In this document: piece by piece, positions 25,352 to 32,000 of the stretch
Layout of the letters: each line of letters begins with the position of its first letter
Position numbering within the stretch: position 1 is the stretch's first letter
Assembly: GCA_963813585.1 (NCBI GenBank)
Contig: CAWEZL010000001.1
Coordinates: 1,352,512 to 1,384,511, forward strand
Reading direction: 5' to 3'
DNA from: an uncultured Acidobacteriota bacterium
GTDB taxonomy: Bacteria > Acidobacteriota > Vicinamibacteria > Vicinamibacterales > Fen-181
DNA: 32,000 bases
Program-made: the position numbers and the translations under genes
The notes under the pieces: generated by a model
Told to the model about the DNA's origin: nothing
Seen by the model: only the letters and a program-made list of their open reading frames with translations
Database searches by the model: none

Positions 25352-26137
25352 GTGACGCGCACCCTCAAGCTCGTCCTTGCGTACGACGGCACCCGCTTCG
25401 TCGGGTGGCAGCGCCAGGCGGGTGGAGTGTCGATCCAGGGCCTGCTCGAGGAGGCCCTCGGCCGAATCGAGGGCCGTCCCGTCGCGGTCGCCGGCTCGGG
25501 CCGCACGGACGCCGGCGTGCACGCGCTGGGCCAGGTGGCGAGTGCCCGCCTCGACCATCCCCTTCCCGGGGCGGACCTGCTTCGCGCGCTGAACGCGATG
25601 CTCCCCTCCGATGTGCGGGTGCTCTCGGTGGACGAGGCCCCCGAGGGCTTCCACGCCCGGTACGCGGCCCGCGAGAAGACCTACCGATACCTGCTGGCCA
25701 CGGGGCCGGCCGGGCCCTTTGCGAGCCGGTTTGCCTGGGTCGTTCCCCTCGCCCTCGACCCCGCCCGCATGGCCGAGGCCGCCCGGCTGCTGGCCGGCGA
25801 GCACGATTTCGCGGCCTTCCAGAGCACCGGGACGCCCGTCGCCCACGCACGCCGCCGCGTCACCCGCTCCAGCGTCGAGGAGTGCGACCCCGAGACGATG
25901 CTGGGGCGGGCCGTGACGCCGCCCGCGCTTCGCGGCGCGCGGCTGTTCGCCTACGAGGTGACCGCCGACGGGTTCCTCCGCCACATGGTGCGCGCCATCG
26001 CGGGGAGCCTGGCGGAGGTCGGGGCGGGCCGCCGCGATCCGTCCTGGCTCGGGGAGGTGCTGCAGTCCGGCGCCCGCGGCGAGGCGGGTCCCACGGCCCC
26101 GGCCTGCGGCCTGTTTTTGGTCGGGGTTGGCTACTGA
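25352..26137 (+). CDS. truA: tRNA pseudouridine(38-40) synthase
   Basis: LAYDGTRFVGWQRQ, GSGRTDAGVHALGQV (catalytic Asp), and FLRHMVRAIAG. GTG start. Confidence 0.93.
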   Translation: MTRTLKLVLAYDGTRFVGWQRQAGGVSIQGLLEEALGRIEGRPVAVAGSGRTDAGVHALGQVASARLDHPLPGADLLRALNAMLPSDVRVLSVDEAPEGFHARYAAREKTYRYLLATGPAGPFASRFAWVVPLALDPARMAEAARLLAGEHDFAAFQSTGTPVAHARRRVTRSSVEECDPETMLGRAVTPPALRGARLFAYEVTADGFLRHMVRAIAGSLAEVGAGRRDPSWLGEVLQSGARGEAGPTAPACGLFLVGVGY

Positions 26138-26156
26138 CGGACGCGGCGTGTAAGAT
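26127..26156 (+). promoter_or_regulatory. Candidate promoter of the uppS-cdsA-dxr-rseP operon: TTGGCT, 18-bp spacer, TAAGAT
   Basis: -35-like TTGGCT (26127-26132) lies inside the truA 3' end and -10-like TAAGAT is at 26151-26156. It is followed by a leader of about 20 nt with GAGG 6 nt before ATG 26180. Confidence 0.3.
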
Positions 26157-26179
26157 CGAAGTCTGCCTCTCCGAGGTGT

Positions 26180-26974
26180 ATGTCTCTCGAACAACTCCTG
26201 GCGCGCCTGACGCCCGGTTCTCCCGAGGAGGCGTTGGCCCGCCAGATCGACTTCGGCTGCCTGCCGGCTCACATCGCCCTCATCATGGACGGCAACGGGC
26301 GCTGGGCCGCGAAGCGACACCTGCCGCGGGTGGAGGGCCACCGGGCGGGGATCGACGCCGTGCGCGAAACGGTGGAGACCTCGGCGCGGCTGGGCGTCGG
26401 GGTGGTCACGCTGTACGCGTTCTCCGTCGAAAACTGGAAGCGGCCGCGGTCGGAGGTCTCCATGCTGATGCAACTGCTGAAGCAGTACATCCGGCTGGAG
26501 GTCGGGACGCTCATCGACAACAACATCCGCTTCCAGGTGATCGGGCGCCGCGAGGCGCTCGAGGCCGACGTCAGGAAGGAGCTGGCCGAGGCGACGTCGC
26601 GCACGGCGGAGAACACCGGCATGCTGTTCAACATCGCGCTGAACTACAGCGGCCGGGCCGAGATCGTGGACGCGGCGCGGCAGGCGATCGCGGCGGGCGT
26701 GGCGGCCGCCGACCTCGACGAGCGGCGCTTCGCGGAGTTCCTGTACACCGCCGGCCAGCCCGACCCCGACCTGTTGATCCGCACCAGCGGCGAGATGCGC
26801 GTGAGCAACTTCCTGCTGTGGCAGATCGCCTATTCGGAGATCTGGGTGACCGACACGCTGTGGCCCGACTTCCGGTGCCGGCACCTGCTCGAGGCCGTCG
26901 TCGCGTACCAGAAGCGTGACCGACGCTACGGGGGAATCACCCCCCCTCGCGCGCTGGCGACCCAGCCCCGCTGA
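26180..26974 (+). CDS. uppS: Isoprenyl transferase / undecaprenyl diphosphate synthase
   Basis: HIALIMDGNGRWA, AFSVENWKRP and IRTSGEMRVSNFLLWQIAYSE. Confidence 0.95.
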   Translation: MSLEQLLARLTPGSPEEALARQIDFGCLPAHIALIMDGNGRWAAKRHLPRVEGHRAGIDAVRETVETSARLGVGVVTLYAFSVENWKRPRSEVSMLMQLLKQYIRLEVGTLIDNNIRFQVIGRREALEADVRKELAEATSRTAENTGMLFNIALNYSGRAEIVDAARQAIAAGVAAADLDERRFAEFLYTAGQPDPDLLIRTSGEMRVSNFLLWQIAYSEIWVTDTLWPDFRCRHLLEAVVAYQKRDRRYGGITPPRALATQPR

Positions 26975-26982
26975 TTCCCTCC

Positions 26983-27765
26983 ATGGTCCGACTCTCGAGC
27001 GGCGTCGTGCTCATCCTGGCGGTGGTGGCCTCGGTCTGGCTGCTGCCGAGCTGGATCCTGCTGTTCGTCGTGGAGGGCGTCCTCGTGCTGGCGCTCGTCG
27101 AGTACGGGCGCCTGGCCGATGCGCTCGGGGTCCGTGTGCCGCTGGTCGTCGCGGGCGCGGGCGCGTTGGCCGCGTGCGCCGCGGTAGGGCTCGGCACGCC
27201 GCTCGACGCCCCGCTGCTCGCCACCGTCGTGGTGACCGGCGGCGTGCTCGTGGCGTCGCGAGCCCCGATGCCCGGGGTGCTCGGAGAGATGGGCGCGGCG
27301 CTGCTGCCGTCGCTCTATCTCGGCCTCCCGCTCGGTTCGCTTGTGGCGCTGCACGCCGGCTGGGGGCGCGAGGCGGTGCTGCTGCTGCTGCTGAACGTCG
27401 TGCTGAGCGACACCGCGCAGTATTACGGGGGACGGATGCTCGGCCGGCGACCGCTCTCGCCGTTGATCAGCCCGAAGAAGACGATGGAGGGCGTGGTCGC
27501 GGGGCTGCTCGTCACCCCGCCGCTCGTCACGCTGGTCGGCAGGGAGTGGCTCCCGGCGGTCGGCCCGGGCCGCCTCTTCCTGGTAAGCCTCGCGCTCGTC
27601 GGGCTCGGCATCGTCGGCGATCTCTTCGAGTCGCTCCTCAAGCGGAGCGCGGGCGTGAAGGACAGCTCGGCGCTGATCCCGGGGCACGGCGGCGTCCTCG
27701 ACCGGATTGATTCGCTGCTGTTCGCCGCGCCGGGCTTCTACCTGTTCCTGCGGTACGCGGTGTGA
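26983..27765 (+). CDS. cdsA: Phosphatidate cytidylyltransferase
   Basis: Polytopic membrane protein with the C-terminal signature SLLKRSAGVKDSSALIPGHGGVLDRIDSLLFAAP. Confidence 0.92.
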   Translation: MVRLSSGVVLILAVVASVWLLPSWILLFVVEGVLVLALVEYGRLADALGVRVPLVVAGAGALAACAAVGLGTPLDAPLLATVVVTGGVLVASRAPMPGVLGEMGAALLPSLYLGLPLGSLVALHAGWGREAVLLLLLNVVLSDTAQYYGGRMLGRRPLSPLISPKKTMEGVVAGLLVTPPLVTLVGREWLPAVGPGRLFLVSLALVGLGIVGDLFESLLKRSAGVKDSSALIPGHGGVLDRIDSLLFAAPGFYLFLRYAV

Positions 27766-28955
27766 AAGGGCATCAGCCTTCCGTGTTGAGACGAATCGCC
27801 ATCCTCGGGTCCACCGGGTCGATCGGGCAGAGCGCGCTCTCGGTCGCCGAGGCGCACCCCGACCGGCTGCGGGTGGTGGCGCTGGCCGCGGGCGGCAACG
27901 CGGCGCTGCTCGTCGAGCAGGCCGACCGCTTCCGGCCCGCGCTCGCGTCGATGGCGTCGGCGGGCGCGCTGGCCAACGCCTCGGAGGGTCTCCGCCGCGC
28001 GGGCGTGCGAAGGGCCGGCGCCGGCGCCCAGGGGCTCATCGACGTGGCCACCCACCCCGAGGCGGACATCGTCCTCTGTGCCTCGTCCGGCACCGCGGCG
28101 CTCGAGGCGGTGCTCGCCGCGATCGAGGCCGGCAAGACGATCGCGCTGGCGAACAAGGAGATCCTGGTCATGGCCGGGGGGTTGATGACGGAGGCCGCGC
28201 GACGGCGCGGCGTCGACATCCTCCCGGTGGACAGCGAGCACAACGCCATCCACCAGTGCCTGGCGGGCCGGCGGCGCGACGAGGTGCGGCGCCTCATCCT
28301 GACCGCGTCGGGCGGGCCGTTCCGTGGCCTGACGCCTCTCGCCCTCGACCGCGTGGGGCCGGTCGACGCGCTCAAGCACCCGACGTGGCGGATGGGCCGG
28401 AAGGTCACGATCGACTCGGCGACCCTGATGAACAAGGGGCTGGAGGTGATCGAGGCGCGGTGGCTGTTCGACATGCCGGCCGATGCCATCGACGTGGTGA
28501 TCCACCCGCAGTCGGTGGTGCACTCCATGGTCGAGCTGGTTGACGGCTCGATCCTTGCTCAGCTTGGCGTGACGGACATGAGGCTGCCGATCCAGTACGC
28601 CTTCTCGTACCCCGAGCGGTGGGCCTCGCCGCTGCCGGGGCTCGACTTGGCGGCCTGCGGCCGGCTGGACTTCCACCTGCCGGACCACGAGAGCTTCCCG
28701 TGCCTCGGCCTCGCCTACCGCGCGCTCCGGGAAGAGGGCGGCCTGCCGGTCGTGCTCAACGCGGCCAACGAGGTGGCCGTCGAGGCCTTCCTCGGCGGCC
28801 GCCTGAAGTTCACAGCCATCCCCGAGGTGATTGCCCGAGCGATGGACGCGCACCTCGCGGCCCCCGTGGACTCGCTCGAGGCGGTTCGGGCCATCGACCG
28901 GCGGGCCCGCGTGCTGGCGCGCGAGGTGGCGGCCGGCTTGGACTTGAAGGTGTGA
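27762..28955 (+). CDS. dxr: 1-deoxy-D-xylulose 5-phosphate reductoisomerase
   Basis: RIAILGSTGSIGQSAL, ALANKE, PVDSEHNAIHQC and HPTWRMGRKVTIDSATLMNKGLEVIEA. The GTG start overlaps the cdsA stop (GTGA). Confidence 0.95.
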   Translation: MKGHQPSVLRRIAILGSTGSIGQSALSVAEAHPDRLRVVALAAGGNAALLVEQADRFRPALASMASAGALANASEGLRRAGVRRAGAGAQGLIDVATHPEADIVLCASSGTAALEAVLAAIEAGKTIALANKEILVMAGGLMTEAARRRGVDILPVDSEHNAIHQCLAGRRRDEVRRLILTASGGPFRGLTPLALDRVGPVDALKHPTWRMGRKVTIDSATLMNKGLEVIEARWLFDMPADAIDVVIHPQSVVHSMVELVDGSILAQLGVTDMRLPIQYAFSYPERWASPLPGLDLAACGRLDFHLPDHESFPCLGLAYRALREEGGLPVVLNAANEVAVEAFLGGRLKFTAIPEVIARAMDAHLAAPVDSLEAVRAIDRRARVLAREVAAGLDLKV

Positions 28956-28965
28956 GGGTTTTTCC

Positions 28966-30285
28966 GTGCTGACCACCATCCTGGCGTTCGTTTTCGTCCT
29001 GGGCGTGCTGATCTTCGTCCACGAGCTGGGCCACTTCATCGCGGCCCGGCGGATCGGCGTCCGGGTGATCACCTTCTCGCTGGGCTTCGGCCCGAAGGTC
29101 CTCTCGTTCCGGCGGGGCGACACCGAGTACGCGATCGCCGCGATCCCGCTCGGCGGCTACGTGAAGATGGCGGGCGAATCGCCCGACGACCCGCGCAGCG
29201 GGAAGGACGACGAGTTCCTCTCGAAGACGAAGTGGCAGCGCTTCCAGGTGCTGATCATGGGGCCGGCGATGAACGTCCTGCTGGCCATCGTGCTGATGTG
29301 GGTGGTGCTGCTGCAAGGCGCGCAGGTGCCGGCCTTCATCGACCAGCCCCCGGTGATCGGGTCGGTGGCGCCCGGATCGCCAGCCGAGCGCGGCGGCATC
29401 CAGCGTGGCGACCGGGTCGTGCGCGTGTCGGGGCGCGAGGTGGCCACCTGGGAGGACCTCTCGATCGCGATCGGCACCAAGGCCAACCGCGAGGTGCCGG
29501 TCGAGCTGGTGCGCGAGGGGCGGACGATCACCGTGCGCGTGACCCCGGACCCGCAGACGAAGTACGAGGTCGGAGACATCGGCGTCTTTCCGAACGTGCA
29601 CCCGAGCGTCCTGGCGGTGGTCAAGGGCGACCCGGCCGACCGGGCGGGCCTGAAGCCGGGCGACGTCGTGCTGGCGGTGAACGGCGAGCCGATGAGCATG
29701 TCGCAGCAGTTGTCGGGCGCGATCGCCCGCCACCCGGGCGAGCCTATCGCGATCACCATCAGGCGGGATGGCCAGGCGCGGGACGTCACGCTGACCCCCG
29801 AGAAGCGCGGCTCGAAGGGGATCATCGGGATCTCGATCGGCGAGGAGCTCAAGACGATCGACCCGGGCCCCCTGCAGGCGCTGAAGATGAGCCTGCAGCG
29901 CAACTACGAGTTCAGCGGCCTGATCTTCCAGACGCTCGCCGGCCTGCTGACGCGCGAGACCTCGCCGAAGCAGCTCATGGGGCCGGTCGCCATCGCGCAG
30001 TTGTCGGGCGAGTACGCGGCCGCCGGGTTCATCGCGCTGCTGAGCCTGATGGCCTCGATCAGCCTCAACCTCGGCATCCTCAATCTCCTGCCGATCCCGA
30101 TCCTCGACGGCGGGCACATCTTCATCATGGCGATCGAGGGGCTCGCACGCCGCGACCTCAGCGCCAGGGTGAAGGAGCAGTTGCTGATGGCCGGCTTCTT
30201 CCTGCTGATGATCCTGATGGTCACGGTCATCTACAACGACCTGACGCGGATCCAGTGGGTCGAGCGGTTGATGTTCTGGCGCTAG
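28966..30285 (+). CDS. rseP: RIP metalloprotease RseP (site-2 protease, M50)
   Basis: HELGHF (HExxH), PDZ regions (GSPAERGGIQRGDRVVRV; GDPADRAGLKPGDVVLAVNG), and NLLPIPILDGGH. GTG start behind GAGGG. Confidence 0.93.
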   Translation: MLTTILAFVFVLGVLIFVHELGHFIAARRIGVRVITFSLGFGPKVLSFRRGDTEYAIAAIPLGGYVKMAGESPDDPRSGKDDEFLSKTKWQRFQVLIMGPAMNVLLAIVLMWVVLLQGAQVPAFIDQPPVIGSVAPGSPAERGGIQRGDRVVRVSGREVATWEDLSIAIGTKANREVPVELVREGRTITVRVTPDPQTKYEVGDIGVFPNVHPSVLAVVKGDPADRAGLKPGDVVLAVNGEPMSMSQQLSGAIARHPGEPIAITIRRDGQARDVTLTPEKRGSKGIIGISIGEELKTIDPGPLQALKMSLQRNYEFSGLIFQTLAGLLTRETSPKQLMGPVAIAQLSGEYAAAGFIALLSLMASISLNLGILNLLPIPILDGGHIFIMAIEGLARRDLSARVKEQLLMAGFFLLMILMVTVIYNDLTRIQWVERLMFWR

Positions 30286-30287
30286 GC

Positions 30288-31916
30288 ATGCCGCGCCGCC
30301 CCTCCGCCCCGCTGCTTGCAGCCTTCGCCGCCGCGGCCCTGTGTGGCCTGGCGCTCCGCGCGACCGCCCTCACCCCGGAACAGCTCGCGCGGATCGACTC
30401 CGCCTTCTCGCGGTTCACGGCCGCCACTCCGGGGTGTGCCGTCGGCGTGTCGGCGGGTGCGGACGTCGTGCTCGAGAGGGCCTACGGGCTGGCGGACCTC
30501 GAGCTCGAGGCGCCGAACCGGCCGGACACGATCTTCGAGGCCGGCTCGATCGCGAAGCAGTTCACCGCCGCGGCCGTCCTCCTGCTCGCCCGCGATGGCA
30601 AGCTCTCGCTCGACGACCCGGTTCGCCGCTACCTGCCGGAGCTGCCCGACTATGGCACCCCGCTGACGCTCCGGCACGCGCTCACGCACACCGGCGGCCT
30701 GCGCGACTGGGGCGAGGTTGCTGCGATCGCCGGGTGGCCGCGGGGGACCCGGGCCCACACGCAGGCGCACGTGCTCGAGATCGCCGCCCGGCAACGGTCG
30801 CTGAACTTCCCGCCCGGCACCAACTGGGCGTACAGCAACACCGGCTACAACCTGGCGGCCATGGTCGTGTCTCGCGTCGCCGGGAAGCCGTTCGCCGAGT
30901 TCTGCCGCCAGCGGCTCTTCGAACCGCTCGGCATGTCGCGCACCTCGTGGCGCGACGATTACGGCAGGGTGGTGAAGGGGCGCGCCGTCGCGTACGCCCC
31001 GGAGCGGGACGGGTTCCGCTCGCGCATGCCGTTCGAGGACGCCCACGGCAACGGCGGCCTGCTGACAACGGTGGGGGACCTGCTCCGCTGGAACCGGCGG
31101 TTCGACTCGCCTGGCGCGGAGGGCGCCCTGGCCCGCGAGCAGCAGGAGGCGGCGAGGCTCTCGACCGGTGAGGCCCTCGACTACGGCCTCGGCTTGTTCC
31201 TCGCCCGCTACAACGGCGTTGCCGAGATCGGTCATGGCGGGTCGACCGCCGGCTACGAGTCGTACCTGGCCCGGTACCCGGACCGGCACCTGTCGGTCGC
31301 CGTGTTGTGCAACGTGGCCGGCGCCGGGGCCGAGGCTCGTGCCCACGCGGTCGCGGACCTCTTCCTCGGGACGAAGGGGGCGGCGGCCGCTTCGTCGCCG
31401 CCGGCCTCCGGCGCCTTCCTCGACGTCTGGGTGGGCCTGTATCGCAGCGTGGTGACGGGCCAGGCGTTCGGCGTGGTCCGCGGAGGCGACGGGCCCAGGG
31501 TGGAGGGCGGCCCGCGGCTGGTCGCGACCGACCGCAGAGGGTTCGCAATCGCCGACACCTCGCGCGAGATCGAGTTCGACGACGGGAAGACCGCCGTGCT
31601 GCGATACCCGAACGGCCTCACCGAGCGCTACGAGCGGGTCGATCGGGCGCGGCCGTCGGCCGACGCGCTGCGCGAGCTCGAGGGAGTGTACGCCAGCGAG
31701 GAGGCCGAGGCGGTCTACGGTGCCGTCCTGCAGAAGGGCGAGCTCAAGTTGTGGCGCCGGCCGAACCTGTTGATCGCGCTGAAGCCGCTCTACGCCGACG
31801 CCTTCGACGCGCCCGGGCTCGGCACGATCCGCTTCCACCGCCAGGCCGGCCGCGTCGTCGAGATGGGCATCGGCGGTAACCGGGTCTGGGACTTGCGGTT
31901 CAAGAGAATCCAGTAG
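30288..31916 (+). CDS. Serine hydrolase of the beta-lactamase/transpeptidase-like family (class C/PBP4*-like) with a C-terminal extension
   Basis: Signal peptide, SxxK (EAGSIAKQF), YxN (YSNTGY), and an HGG variant of the KTG box (IGHGGSTAGY). It has roughly 190 extra C-terminal residues. The ATG at 30288 is 2 nt after the rseP stop. Confidence 0.88.
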   Translation: MPRRPSAPLLAAFAAAALCGLALRATALTPEQLARIDSAFSRFTAATPGCAVGVSAGADVVLERAYGLADLELEAPNRPDTIFEAGSIAKQFTAAAVLLLARDGKLSLDDPVRRYLPELPDYGTPLTLRHALTHTGGLRDWGEVAAIAGWPRGTRAHTQAHVLEIAARQRSLNFPPGTNWAYSNTGYNLAAMVVSRVAGKPFAEFCRQRLFEPLGMSRTSWRDDYGRVVKGRAVAYAPERDGFRSRMPFEDAHGNGGLLTTVGDLLRWNRRFDSPGAEGALAREQQEAARLSTGEALDYGLGLFLARYNGVAEIGHGGSTAGYESYLARYPDRHLSVAVLCNVAGAGAEARAHAVADLFLGTKGAAAASSPPASGAFLDVWVGLYRSVVTGQAFGVVRGGDGPRVEGGPRLVATDRRGFAIADTSREIEFDDGKTAVLRYPNGLTERYERVDRARPSADALRELEGVYASEEAEAVYGAVLQKGELKLWRRPNLLIALKPLYADAFDAPGLGTIRFHRQAGRVVEMGIGGNRVWDLRFKRIQ

Positions 31917-31941
31917 CCCCTAGCTCCTAGCCCCTAGCCCT
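31914..31941. repeat. Four tandem heptamers TAGCCCC/TAGCTCC/TAGCCCC/TAGCCCT, giving CTAG every 7 bp
   Basis: Read directly from the sequence. The first TAG is the stop of the + strand hydrolase gene. The CTA at 31920-31922 is the stop of the converging minus-strand gene. Confidence 0.9.
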
Positions 31942-32000
31942 CCGTACTTCGTCTCGACGTAGTCGTCCACCAGCTTGCGGAACGCCTCCGACAGCTCGGC
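31920..32000 (-). CDS. 3' end of an unidentified minus-strand gene (partial, runs off the window)
   Basis: The reverse strand reads ...AELSEAFRKLVDDYVETKYGGLGARS*. Of the 19 codons from AELSE through Y, 18 end in G/C (strong coding bias). Too short to assign a family. Confidence 0.45.
   Translation of the reverse strand, partial: AELSEAFRKLVDDYVETKYGGLGARS

Noticed and set aside
25049-26884. 611-aa minus-strand ORF and a 527-aa + strand alternate-frame ORF over truA/uppS
   Set aside because: Low-complexity shadow ORFs. truA and uppS in their own frames carry the catalytic motifs.

Overview
High-GC (about 70% by eye) chromosomal segment from a diderm bacterium; Pal, TolC, RseP and GldAFG-like ABC genes fit Acidobacteriota or a similar soil lineage, but taxonomy cannot be proven from the sequence. 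Coding is dense: 29 complete and 2 partial CDS plus one gene remnant, and almost all are housekeeping genes. Left to right: an ABC-2 exporter operon (-); a divergent ArsR/SmtB repressor and Zn/Cd-type P1B ATPase with a clear operator and promoter; a truncated RayT-like fragment inside GC-rich repeats; a CNNM/CorC-type transporter (-); a REC-PilZ protein (-); a LysW-like acidic zinc-ribbon protein coupled to a LarE-family PP-loop enzyme; Pal; pyrF-pyrD-pyrK (-); a membrane AlkP-family protein; pyrR-pyrB-pyrC followed by a TIGR02757-like gene; a TolC-GT2-GT4 operon (-); an S9 peptidase; a DegT-type aminotransferase (-); pyrE; truA; uppS-cdsA-dxr-rseP; and a serine hydrolase of the beta-lactamase family. 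No rRNA, tRNA, CRISPR array or intact mobile element was seen. The points worth a second look are: (1) the orphan LysW-like/LarE-like pair; (2) several families of short tandem intergenic repeats that supply stop codons, including a (GATTGG)12 array in the degT/pyrE divergent promoter region; (3) repeated TANNNT hexamers 6-9 nt upstream of start codons, which suggest leaderless mRNAs; and (4) two apparent single-C homopolymer frameshifts, in the S9 peptidase 3' end and the TIGR02757 5' end. The many long alternate-frame and antisense ORFs in the track are high-GC artefacts.
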